From: Harriotta raleighana
Lineage: Eukaryota
DNA length: 64,000 nt
Assembly: GCA_050575255.1 (NCBI GenBank)
Contig: JBNZDD010013724.1
Location: 9,703,357 to 9,767,356 of the forward strand
Direction of reading: 5' to 3'
Position numbers and translations under genes: made by a program. Positions 14,011 through 26,470 of the stretch are shown here, piece by piece. Within the stretch, counting starts at the first letter, position 1; each line of letters begins with the position of its first letter. Below the pieces are notes generated by a model that saw only the letters and a program-made list of their open reading frames with translations, had not been told where the DNA came from and did not search any database.

Positions 14011-14784
14011 ATTGAAGGAAAACATAATAAACTCAACAGAATTAAGAACCACTGAAAACAATACTCTTATTGACTTTTTTTTTACAAACAAACCAAAATC
14101 TATTTTAGTTTTATATGAAGGAAAAGCCAAGGGCAATTGTCAATACCATCAAAAAACAATGGGTGATATGGCTCACTGTTACTCTTTTTAGTTTTCAGAC
14201 CCATTTTGTTTGTGTATGTGCACAAATATTCTATAGACTGAATAATAATACATTTGATATAAACAAATGTTACGAAATTGTGCGACATCACAAAGAGCTA
14301 CAGGATTTACTGTTCAATTGTAGTGATTGTATATTTGTAGGCGAATTTGCTGTGCAACGTTGCCAGTGTTCAAATTGATTGCTCGATTTTCCAAGAAAAT
14401 ACACTTTACAATAAATCTTGAGAACCGCTTTGAGACATTCTCCCAACATGAAAGGTACTATATTAAATGGAAGGTTTATTATATTTCTTTGCCATGCTCC
14501 CTTGCAGAGATATCACTACTTAGATGTTTTACCAGGGATTAACTGTTATGCTATTCCTATCACATATCGCAGCAGTTAATACCATTCTGGTTTGCATATC
14601 ACCCAACCATGCTCTCACACATTTCAATACTGAGATGTGTCGTCCCCTGGGAAGCTCACTGGGTAGTTCATTATACTTACAATCCATCTGGTGAGAGCTC
14701 AAAACAGCGCTTGTCGGAAGTCGAACAACTAATTTGTGAATATTCTCCTAGAGGAGGAGGTAAGCAGGGTCTCCTTTGAGCTGA

Positions 14785-14887
14785 AGGAAAAACAGAAATT
14801 GCTGGGAACAGTCAGCAGGTCAGGCAACAGCTAAGGAGAAAGGAAAATGAGTCAACGTTTCAGACCACAACCCTTCATCAGAACTGG
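14785..14887 (-). mobile_element. Penelope-LTR-like/SINE-like short element carrying a minimal hammerhead motif
   Basis: Minus strand reads agttCTGATGAagggttgtggtctGAAAcgttgactc...tgttgcctgacctgctgac. A related copy lies at 23981-24095 (+). Confidence 0.65.
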
Positions 14888-16609
14888 CTCCAAGGCGACA
14901 TGATTCGCCGCAGAATGACAACACCAAGCCAACCCTCTGTGGCGTTCTCGGCAGTCCAGTTCTTGAGCGAGGCGGGTCCATAGTGTTCAAGGGCACAGCT
15001 GATGACAGCATTGGGTCAGTTGATCCTAGTTGGACAAGCAGTGGGAAAGCTGGCCAAACAGTGATATCAATAGCAAGCTACGCGATCTTAGCTGGTTGGA
15101 CTCCAGCATGTACCCTGATGCAAACTCTGGGGTCTCCAAGAATTGGCTTTTGTCATTCTGTGCCCACTAGTTTCCTGAATTAGATAAGCCGGTTATGTCC
15201 CTCCAGGAAGAGAGCCTGTATTCCATTTGAATGATCTCTCCCTGGGATTTCCATGTGTAGGTGGGATGCACGGAATTCTCATCTTAGAATTGGATACTCT
15301 TAAGCCTGGTGATGGATTGCCACATGTGTCAGACACCTGGTTGACCAAAAAACGAAAAAACAAAACTCATCTGGGAATTCAGAAATGTTTAACTTTGGGA
15401 TATTAAAAAAATCTACCTGAAATCAAATTCAATTTAAGTTTATCCAAATATTCATTTCGTAGGTCAATCTCATTTATGGCCACCGCAAACATTGTGCAAA
15501 TGTACACTGTAAGTCTATACTTTTGGGAAGACATTCCACCTGGGATTAGATTATTTCCAATTATGTAACAATATAAAGTATCCCTTGTTTGGCAAATTGC
15601 TGACTTTTAGAATTTACCGAAATTCAGCTTTAAAATTAAAATTGTATTTAATTGCCCTAATCAGGATGCTCTGAAATGCTGCATAGAATTATTCAAAATG
15701 CTACAGAATGAAAACATGCCATTCTGTCCAGCTAGTCTGTGTTAATGTTTATAGTCCACATGAGCATCCACCCCACCAAAATCCCTCTCTTTCCCTTTCC
15801 CCCTGTGTATGTTAAGAGTAAATCCAGATCCAGGTGGATTTTCTCCCTATCTATTTCCTGCATTGACTATCCTGTGCTCTCTCAGTAAAATTGTAAATTC
15901 AAGGCAGGTTTTCACTGAAAACTGGGTTGGGACTCCCCAGATTCATTTTATGTGAATCTCCTTACAGTGTGGAGAACAAAGCAATCTTCAGCCAGTCAGT
16001 CTCCAGACCTGGTCCCAGAGGTAAAAGACAATGAGCTAGACATTGTGCTGCCTTGCATCTCGATTAGCTTCCAACATCATAGCAGTTTGAGAGAGAGGAA
16101 TAGAAATGAATTTTTAAATCTTATCAACTGGATTGTAGTTTTTTGAAATATGCTGTTCCTTTAGTTCGATTCCTAGTTGTGACCTCTGAACTCAGGCTAT
16201 TCTTTCTGCCTCAGAAGTTTTATAGGATTGTTAGCAGTGACATTCCTGATTTGGAAACTGGGTGCTGGGTAACACTTTCTTCACTTTTCCTCTATTTGGC
16301 TTGATTCTAACTTCTGCTTTGTTCTGTAACGGATGACACAGTCAACATCAAGTACTTAACAACTGAAAGAAGCCTAGTTATGGGTATCAGCAGAGAATGG
16401 GAGTTAGATACAGTTTCCTAGTCAGTTGAGAAATGTACAAATCTACTGTTTCACCAGCTCACTAATTACACTGTGCTTCCCTTTGTCATAAATAGCTAGA
16501 AATGTATATTAAACTGGTACTATAATGCAGTAACTTCTGGTAAAACATAGATTGTAGTTTTCTTGATGGCTGGTGACTGAAAGCATCACATTGTGCAGCA
16601 CTAACTCAC

Positions 16610-16960
16610 CTACTCTGAAAGGTCCCAGGTCTTTACTGAATTATCTTAGTTGAGGTTGCGGTTGGGGCATTCCGGATCTTGGCACCCTGGATCATGGCAG
16701 AAAAATTCAACCAGGGTTCGTGCTTCTGAACACTAAACAGATCCTGGAAAATTTCTAAATGTCAGACAAGAAATGGATTGTGCCCAGTTGTGATGCTGTC
16801 TCCTACCCATGGTGAAACATCCTCCTGACATGAAAGGCGTTCTATAAATGTAATTTTGTTGTTTGTTATTGTTGTTGTTGAAACAGTCGTCTGACACTCA
16901 CTGTCAAACTTCACATAAAGAATGATCATTTGAACGAGGTACCATTGATTATGGACTGTA
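16610..16960 (+). mobile_element. Old SINE-like repeat interrupted by an L2 tail (16815-16880)
   Basis: ctgacactcactgtcaaacttcacataaagaatgatcatttgaacgagg resembles 53050-53115. Confidence 0.4.
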
Positions 16961-18332
16961 AAGCAAGTGGAAGGAGAAAGGAATCAAAAGTTTTCAGAAG
17001 AGGAGAGGATAGAAGGAGAGAAGATTGGAGGAGAAACAGGATTTCTTTGTAATATAGGGAGAACATTATTACTGGTGATACTTATCACATCATACACCAC
17101 AGTGCCACTTTCCAGAAAAAACTTAACCCTCTCGACTTGAGAATAATGTACCCTTTATCATTTGTTACAAAAAAATGCAATTGAATTTGCAGAAAGAAAC
17201 TATCTTTATACAAACAGGAAATTAAGCATTCACTTTAAATTCGACAATATAATTTCAATAAATGTTTTACTGTACTTTGTGCACACATACCGTGGAGCAG
17301 GAAGAGTCAGCACTTTAATATACTGCAATGTTTATACATGAGAACAGTGGGGGTTTTGCAAACGGTGCTGAAAACAAAGTCACCACCACTGATGGTTTGA
17401 ACAGATTATACTGTTTCACCACAAACTCAGTTCAATAAAAATTCTCATTGCTGTGTGCACTTGAAAAAAAAACTGTTTCTTTACAGAGTAAAATCAAGCT
17501 CTGCTAACAAAAGCATTTCTGTGCTATAGAAATTCAATAAAAAATACAAAAGACTCACTGGCTGTTTCCCAGAATGCGTTCTATTTGTTGCCAGCTCCAA
17601 TCAACCTAGCTGCCTGCCTGTGGTTACAGGAGACACAGATGATGTCAGTGTGTTCTCAAAGCCACCTGAACAGTTGGCATTATCTTGTTTCAAGTCCCAT
17701 GGATCACTAAGCCATTTGGACTGCTGTCAAAGTCGCGTTATGGCTGCCAAAAGAAAAGGCAATAATACGATCCCAAGATGCGGTGTGACATTCAGGATTC
17801 CTTCACAATATTCTGTCCAGGGCATGAGAATACAGTATGAATTATGTACTGCTACAGCCACCATCTGGCTAGCATTTATCTCAGTTAAAGAAATACCAGC
17901 CATTTGCAGAACACAGATGTTGCTAAGGATCAGAAGATATAGAAGCTCGGTGAAAACGCTGAACATACAATCAACTGTGATTAATGCAGCTGGTGCCTTG
18001 TCAAAAGAAATATCCTTTTTGTATTTTCTCCAGGGTCATTTCTAATTAAAAAGCAGTTTTACAAAGCTGTGTGTGGATTAAACAAGACTTTGCAAATAAC
18101 CCTCATGTGAAAATTGTACATATCTGTCAATTACTCAAATGAAAAACACACATTTTTAAGGTTTCCTCGGTGTGGTGAAGTGTCTGTGCCATTGTGATAC
18201 AAGAGAGCTTCGGACCCTCTGAAAGCCTCAGCATCTCGAACTTGTGTTCACTGACCAATGCTTGCAGGGCGGGAATAGACAAGTAGCCATTTTGTAAAGG
18301 ATCATCCTCTGAGGTGTTAGGACTTGAGTGAA

Positions 18333-18780
18333 ATGGAGTCCCATGGCATAGTGGTTAGCATGGTTGCCTCGCAACCGAGAGGACCCAGGTTCGATTTTCG
18401 GATGGGGAGAAACCTTAGCCAAGTTTCCTTCCTCCACACCCCACTGTTTACCTACAGTTGTTTGTCAACTGGGGGGATCGCTTTCCTTTGAAAAAATTAT
18501 GATAATTTGGTGACTCAATCCACGACAACACTGCTGCTTGCAATCGGCTGCCAGGTTTTACCACAAAATATACAGTCAATATTCCTTTGAAAAAATTATG
18601 ATAATTTGGTGTCGCAATCCACGACAGTTTGTGGGACACTGCTGCTTGCAATCGGCTGCCAAGTTTTACCACAAAATATACAGTCAATTCATGATATTTA
18701 ATATATTCAGTGAAACACTTTGAGACGTCTAAATGATGTGATAAGAAGCTATAGCAAAAGCAAGGGTTATTATTATTATC
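18333..18780 (+). mobile_element. tRNA-derived SINE variant with a ~100-bp internal tandem duplication
   Basis: Head tggcatagtggttagc..ggttcgatt; 18483-18580 is repeated at 18582-18688; (TTA)n tail. Confidence 0.8.
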
Positions 18781-20142
18781 ATTGAATGAGAAAGGCTAGC
18801 TATTCAATTCATAAAATGAAAGAATTGGAGTGTTTATAGGATAGAGGCAAGCTCCTTCTTTGGTGCTTTTGAATCTCATTCCTCTATTCTTTGCCCATAC
18901 TCTTTTTAAAAAAAATTCCATAAACATTTCCTTTTCCTTAATTATTGCTTTTAAACACTGGACTAAGCTTGACCTGCCATTTGTGGCGAGGATTGTCACA
19001 TGTTCACAAGTCGCTTTGTAATGTAGAATTTGCAATTTCCCTATGTTTTATTTGATTCGCAGCAGTCATATGAGCACAGTCATCTACCCTTGCAAGATTG
19101 TGCGCATGCTGGTTTTGCTGAGGCGAAGGGGAAAGTAATTGAACACAATTAAAGATCAATGAATCAGAAGGAGTCTCTGGAGGAAACAATAATAATACTT
19201 GTTTTGATTTGTACCTATAACTATAATGAAGTCAAAACAAGAAGGAAGCAATTCCTTAGAAGTCATGAAAAGCGCTATATCAAATGCATTTTTTTTATTA
19301 TTATTCACTGCTGGCATTGTCACTTTGTACATATATATATTTGAATATATATATATTTGTATATAGGCTGTACATTTTTTTGGTTGTATTTCGAGTTCAC
19401 TATTTGTGTGCTTGATATTCAAACAATGTTGTATCTCATCCAGAACATTGTCCAAAGGTTAAAATCAGTTATAGTGTAATTATACATTTCAGGAAGTGAG
19501 TACCATTCATTTAAGCATTACGGTAAAGTTAGATAGTAGACGTACATGCAAACAGTTTTAAGATGTATGCTCTATACTCTATTTTCTGTTTGTGTTAACA
19601 GGGTCTTCGCTCACAAAGCACACCCCACATTTTATAGTATATCCGTGAAACATTTTGGGACGTTCTGCTGATCTGAAAGGTGCTATGCTAAATGTAGGGC
19701 TTATTATTATTAACAACAGATCTTAATTTATAGTAAGTTGCTTATTGCAAGATCTGAAATGATAAATACACCATATGAAGTTTTGCATAGAATTACAGTA
19801 CTGTATATAGAATTACAAAGGTTCCGTAAAAGTAATTTTGAAATAGACCAGGCTATTCAACAACAACTAGATATAAAATGATGTACACATCAGCACTCAA
19901 AATATTGATAGATTGTAGTTTTTCACTTACAGTCGAATGTGGTGCTGGGGGCATGCTAGACTGTAAGAGATGTCATCCTTTGTACAAAGCATTCATCTGT
20001 CTGCCTGTCCAGCTGCTTGTTCAGGATTTCATGTGCCTTTTTGAAATGATAACAGAATTTCTTCCAATGTCCTAATCAACATCTTCCAGATATAATTAGT
20101 CAATCACTTCATATTTAAAAATAATGCTTGCAATCGATATAA

Positions 20143-20449
20143 TGTGGAATCCTGTAGCTCAGTGGTTAGAGACTCGCCTTGCAAGTAAGAGACGTGGGTG
20201 CGATTCCAGGCAAGCAGAAACCTTATGCAAGTTTCTTTACTCCGCACACCTAATAATAATCCCTCAAAAACAACAATAATAATTTGGTCACTCAATCCAC
20301 AATTGTTTGTGGGACCTTGCTGTGTGCAATTGGCTGCTGTGTTTCGCACACAAATATTCTATCAATTTACTTTACAGTACATTCTGTGAAGCGCTTTGAG
20401 ACGTCTAGAAGATGTGAAAAGTGCTGTATCAAATGCAAGGATTATTATA
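20143..20449 (+). mobile_element. Full-length tRNA-derived SINE
   Basis: gtggaatcctgtagctcagtggttagag ... aaatgcaaggattattata. Confidence 0.9.
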
Positions 20450-21929
20450 AACACTTAGAAGATGTCTCAAAGCATTTTGACTGGGAGCCCAAATCAGTGA
20501 TGCGTCACCCCAATGCTCAAGCAGCATTAGCAGAGATACTCATCCACAAAATATAGTCAATCCAATTTACAGTGTATCCTGTGTAGTGCTTTGAGACATT
20601 TTGATGATTTGATAAGGAGCTACATCAAATGTAAGGATTATTATTATATGGGAGCGGGTCGTGCTGAACTGAGGCCTGAATGTATATTTTCATCCTTAAA
20701 ATTTAACTGCGCATAGTTTTGGAGCATTCTTAAACCTCATTGTTGATTTGAAAGCTAATTTGTCACAATTCTTTTAATAACTGGAGAAAACAGCTTTCAG
20801 ATTTATTGAATGACAGAATTTTTAGCCTCGTGTGGCTCGAGAATAATGCCTGGGCAAGAGTAAGTATGTAACATCGGCTCTGTAAAATGTTCACCAAATG
20901 TGTATTTGTTATGCAGAAGACTAAACTGATAGAAGTCTATCATTAATTGTTTAAGTAACTCTCTGTGCAGGCCTTGGTATCTGGTTCCTGAGGCAGACAA
21001 ATCCACAATAGTTTTAGGCAGTGCTGATAGCAGACCCAACTTTTACATTCTAGATGTGTACAAGCATGTTTAAGGTTGCAAGAGCACTTTTGAATACTGT
21101 AGTTTAACTGATCTTACGAGTCACATCAATTTTTCTCTTGCGTTTTATAATGCCTTCAAACCCTCTCAGTTGTTTTACCGCCTTGCAGCAGCACACTTTC
21201 TTCCACATAAATCACCATTTCATTCCTGATAAATTACAAGCAGGATTCACTGGCGCAAGGCAGCTCTCAAATTTAAGAGAGTTTTATCGAATTAGAAATC
21301 TCAGTTAAAGGATGCACCTTCCAAGGCAGTAACTGCATACGGTACTTTGTTACTTAGCAACCTACAGCATATGTCACCATCAGCTGAATCAAAGTTGAAG
21401 ATTAATAAAAATCTTTACATTTGGTATATCCTCCTTGGATATCCCAAAGCACTTCACAAGATTTACTGTGAAGTGGAATGACTGAGTATTTGTAGGAGAA
21501 TGTGACAGTTCAATTGCGCACAGCTACTATTTCCCTATCCTCTCCCTCTCTTCAACTCATCTTTGTCCAGACCTAATAGTCGCCACTTCCTCCTAGGTCA
21601 GCATCCGACTCCACCACTGTGAAGCACTGAGATGCTATCCTATGTGACCTGCACTATGTAAATGTAAGTTGGTTTGCATTTGTTTAGGCATTATCATCCA
21701 TCTTTGGCTCCCTTCTCTTCCTTATCTACATGTTCCCTCTTGGTGATGTCATCCGCAGACATGGGGTAAACATTCGCAGACATGCGAATGACACTCAAAT
21801 CTGCCAGCGCCTTGCGATGTCCTCCGGACGTAACGTGAAAGGTACTCTAAAAATTTAATTTTGTTTTTGTTACAGTATTTTGTTGTTGTAACCACCTCTC
21901 TCTTCACAGTAACCCACTGCCTCTGCTCT

Positions 21930-22213
21930 ACTGGCTATGGCCTCCTCCTTGTCCCCTGAATCTTCCGCTTCACCATCGGCAGCCGTGCTTTCAGCCACTA
22001 TGTCCCGAAACTCTGGCTCTCCCTCGCTCAATCCCTTCGTCTTACCCTCTCCTTTGCCATCCTCAGGTGGCGCCTGAAGACCTCTCTGTTCGACCGCGCC
22101 TACAGTCAGCTTACCCCTTCCCCTGGCTCAGCCTCGGACTCCGCTATTGTGAAGTGCTCTGAGATGCCGTCTGGTATGGAGGGAGCTATATAAATGCAAG
22201 TTGTTCTTGTTGT
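21930..22213 (+). mobile_element. L2 3' end (second subfamily)
   Basis: atcggcagccgtgctttcagc (IG.RAFS), ctgaagacctctctgttcgacc, and a (TTG)n tail. Confidence 0.75.
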
Positions 22214-23429
22214 TAAACTAACTTGTTCAGGTGGATATAAAAAAAACCATGACACCATTTGAAAAGAAAAGAGAATTTGTCCCAGTGTAGTAAGCAATCC
22301 CACCACACACAAAAAATATTAATTCCATGGTTGTTTGTGGGTGGTTTGATTTTTTTACAAGAACCGGCTGCTGTGTTTGCTTAAAAATACAGTCAATAGA
22401 TTTATAGAAAAACTATGCTTTGATATAATATATTCCTTTGGTCAACTGGGTAATTAACACATGTGGAAACCAACTACATACTATTATTATCAGTTTTGTT
22501 TGGGTACCAAACTGAGAGTTCCCCATATGTATGGCACCGACAGATGGAAATTTCTCAAAGGCTGAAATGAAATGTTTCCCTTCAGAGGGTGCACCATACT
22601 TATTTAATTCTTGAGAGTACCGTGTATAGATGCAGAGTGAGCAGCAATGTCGGAGCCCGAGGCTGAGCCCGGGGAAGGGGAAGGTGACAGTAAGCGCAGT
22701 CAAAGAGAAAGATCTTCAGGCGTGACCTGAAGATGGAAACAGAGTGGATGAGGTGGAGTGGTTGAGGGAGGAGTTCCAAACATTACGGATTCATACTGAA
22801 CCGAAAGTGAGATTCTAGTTACGAGAGGGAAAATGCTGTCCCTATCTTTTGTTCAATTTCCATTGAATTTGGACTAGACTGAACTCTGTTTTTGACCATT
22901 GAGTCTAACCAACCACCAGTTTCTTTCAAAGCCTTAGGTTGACTGATTAGGGCCTAATAATATTCGATAGTAGTCAGCACATACAGAAAAGTACAAGGGA
23001 GTCAAATAGAAACCACAAATCTATGAGGCCTAATTTGGCTTTCTGACTTCCTTTGAAGTTAACACAATCTATCATTGCATATGACACTTGAGCTATCAAT
23101 TTTAAAATGGGACATAATAAAGATGACTACTAAGAATTGAAAGTGGCTGTCCTTATATAAGAGCTGACCTTGTGTTTATTAGAAGAGCTGAAGATCAATA
23201 AACAATTTCCGGGACTTCCACGTAAGATGAAAGTAATTGCTGTTATCTGGATTTATCCCAATAGGTTGATCTGAAGTTAAGGTATTAGGGGACCGTAAAC
23301 AGAAGAATTACTTGAAAAGCAAAGGTTATCAATTCACATCCATTGAAAAAATGAGGGTGAAATATTGCAGTTTAATTATTTTCGGCTTCAATTAATTTTT
23401 ACAATCACACAACCTTACACTGAATAATC

Positions 23430-23910
23430 CTCACCTCGAAAACCTGCCGAAACTCTGGTCCATGTCTTTGTCACCTCTCGGCTGGACTACTCTAAAGTCC
23501 TCCTCGCCGGTCCCCCTCCTCCACCATTCACAAAATTCATCCAAAACTTTGTCACTCACATTCTCGCTCACACCAAACTCTATATCCCGATTACCTCAGT
23601 CCTTGCAAAACCTACTGGCTCTGATACAGAGCACAACGACTTCAAGATTCTCACTCTATTGTCTAAATCCCTCCACTCCTCAGCACCTCCTTATCTCTGT
23701 AACCTCCTCTCTCCTCGCAGCAGTACCCATTGCCTCCGCTCTATTGGGTCCAGTCTCGTCCCCCGAATCCTCTGCTCCACTATCAGCGGCTATGCCTTTA
23801 GTCACTACGCCCCAAAACTTCGTAACTCCTCCCTCAACCACTCCACCTCATCCACTCCTTCTCCATTTTCAGGTCACGCCTGAAAGCCTTTCTCTTTGAC
23901 CTCACCTTCC
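23430..23910 (+). mobile_element. Degraded L2 ORF2 fragment
   Basis: gccgaaactctggtccatgtctttgtcacctctcggctggactac translates as AETLVHVFVTSRLDY. Confidence 0.7.
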
Positions 23911-23980
23911 CCTAAAAGTCTCTTACTCCCACCATGTGACAAAGTTGGTGATTCTTGGTGATTCTTGGTGATACCTGATA

Positions 23981-24095
23981 CCTGAAACGTTGACTCACTT
24001 TCCTTTCTCCATAGATGCTGCTTGACCTGCTGAGCCTTCTCGGCGACTTCTGTTTTTGTTTCAGATTTCCAACATCTGCAGTATTTTGTGTTTTG
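23981..24095 (+). mobile_element. Second, 5'-truncated copy of the Penelope-like short element
   Basis: ctGAAAcgttgactcactttcctttctccatagatgctgcttgacctgctgag aligns with the reverse complement of 14785-14865. It lacks the CTGATGA half of the core. Confidence 0.6.
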
Positions 24096-24183
24096 AACAA
24101 TAACAACAAATTGTATTTATATTGTGCTTTCACTCAGGAGAACACATCCAAAGATGCTGGGATTAACTATGCAATCCAACTTT

Positions 24184-24875
24184 ATTGCCAGGCTCCGCCA
24201 CTACTTCACCCCACATGCCGCCGAAACCCTCATTCACGCCTTTATCACCTCCAGGTTCGACTACGGGAACTCTCTCCTCGTCGGCCTTTCCAACTCCTCC
24301 CTTCATAGGCTGTAGATCATTCAGAATTCTGCAGCTCGTATACTCTTCCGCACCAGGCTTCGTGATCACATCACTCCCACCCTCGCCCGTCTCCACTGGC
24401 TCCCCATTCCCTAGAGGATCGAATTCAAGATCCTCGTCCTCACTTTCAAGGCCACTCACGGCCTTGTCCCCGCCTATCTCTTTGACCTGCTATCTCCCTC
24501 TCAGCCTGCCCGCACCCTCCATTCAGCACACTCAGGCCTGCTCCGTGTCCACCGCCCTAACCGCCCAACCATCGGTGGCCGGGCTTTCAGCTTCTCTACC
24601 CCACACCATGGAACTACATCCCGCAGTCCCTCTGCCTTGCTTCCTCCCTTCCCTCTGCCTTGCTTCCTCCCTTCCCTCCTTCAAGGCCGGTCTCAAGATT
24701 TTCCTCTTCAACCGCACCTTCGGCTCCCGCCCTGACTCTTCCCACTCTCCTTCCCCCTCCCCTTACCCCCGACCCTCCCCCCTGCTCGGGTCCTGTCTGA
24801 CTGTTCAGTGCTTTGGGACATCCTCCCGATGTGAAAGGCGCCATACAAATGTAATTTTGTTGTTGTTATTGTTGT
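24184..24875 (+). mobile_element. L2 3' fragment
   Basis: IARLRHYFTPHAAETLIHAFITSRFDYGNSLL..., with an in-frame stop and a (TTG)n tail. Confidence 0.9.
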
Positions 24876-26104
24876 GGTCAATGTGCATTATTCTAGCAAA
24901 CCTTTGTCCGCAAATTGATTTGTAATTTCTTGTTAAGAAGAACTGGCGAATGTATTGGATCGGGAACGGACTGAACAATAACCATGGCATGTGTCTTTGA
25001 TACAATGAAAATTAAGGAAAAATATCTAATTTGCAGATACCAGTATATTTTAATTATCTAATACACTGGGCATTTATTCTTAGATTTTATTTTGTCTGCT
25101 TAACTGACAAAATAATTCTTGGTGATACCTGTAATGAATGTGGCGGTGATAAAAAAAAGTAATAAATTGGTCACTCAGTCCATGACTCTATGTGGGACAC
25201 TGATGTGCGCAATTGCCTGCTGTGTTTCGCCCCTAAATAGTCAATTAACTTTATAGTATATTCTGCTTTGAGACATCTAGAAGACGTGAAAAGCTCTCTA
25301 TATCAAGTGCAAGAATTATTATTATTGTTATCAATTGGAGAATGGTCCTTGTAGGTTTGTTATTCATTTTGCTAGAATCGGTTCAATAAATCATTATTTA
25401 GTTTTATTTCTTTCTATTTGTACCTCAAGAGAATATTAATGTGGAAAATGTATTGCGACACCATAAGGGGTTTTTACGCTGTAAATCATCCTCTCAGTTA
25501 GTGTTGTAAATCTCAGTGACAGTGTTGAACAATGGCTGTCATGTTCATTCTCACCCCTTATCTCCTTGAACCCCCCCACACTCCTCCTGAATCCAATTCT
25601 CAGCTCACATGGAAACCCTCAACTGTCAGCACATTGGGACAACCTCCCAATATGAAAGTGCTACAGTATATAAATGCAATTTGTTGTTGTTGTCTTCATT
25701 CAGATGCAGAGTTTAATAAGCAGGTTTCTTACCAAGGAATGTCTGGTTTCTAAAACACTGAATTAAATCACTTTAGACACAAGATCACAAGATCACATGA
25801 GCTTCCAAAGAAGGAGGCCCTTCAGATTATTTGATCTAATCCATCCAGTTTCTCCTCTCCCCACACTTGGTCTTTCCCTCACAGCATCAAGCTGTTTCTT
25901 AATTGAATCCACTCTCTTGGCCTTGACTTTCCCTTCCCAGTAAACTGATATGGACTGTGATTAAAAAGGGCTTTGCGAGCAGACAATTTTATCTTCAATG
26001 TGTTGAATTAGTATTTTTTTCAAAAATTGTTCTGCATTGATCAGCAATATGCAGTATTGGAGAAAAATGTAGGGGAACAGATAAGATGTTATCCATTCAT
26101 GTGT

Positions 26105-26470
26105 TTGCTTAGCTCAGTTGGTAGCAATCTCACTTCCAATGCACACTTTAATTCTGGGACAGCAAGGCATTTGTAGAGGTGTCATCCATTTGATGAGATG
26201 TTAAACCCAAATCCTGTCTGCCTGTTTAGGTGGATGTTGCGGATCCCTTCTCTTTTCAAATAGTGCCATGGGATCTTTAACATCCATCTGAACAGGCAGA
26301 TTGGAACTTGCTTAAATGTCTTATCTAAAGGCAAAGACCTTTGACAATGCAGGATAGCTCCAGCACTTCATTGAAGTGTCAGCATAGATAAGCTTGATCT
26401 CGACATGGGGTTTGAGCTCAGAACCTCCTGACTCAGGGGCAAGAGTGCTACCAACTGAGCCAGGCTGACA
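26105..26470. mobile_element. Two old DeuSINE 5' halves in inverted orientation
   Basis: Plus copy 26105-26248 and minus copy 26255-26470, each with a tagctcagttggtagca/tggctcagttggtagca head. Confidence 0.7.

Noticed and set aside
18010-18040. Strong plus-strand acceptor-like sequence ctttttgtattttctccAG
   Set aside because: No supporting downstream ORF or clear partner donor. An antisense lncRNA exon cannot be claimed without RNA data.
20143-20215. tRNA-like sequences here and at about 8000, 9240, 18335, 30770 and 55870
   Set aside because: They are SINE heads continuous with SINE bodies; no complete cloverleaf or Pol III terminator follows.
24185-24925. 246-aa S/P-rich ORF, and similar ORFs at 2863, 10888 and 23462
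   Set aside because: Alternative frames of C-rich L2 fragments, not host genes.
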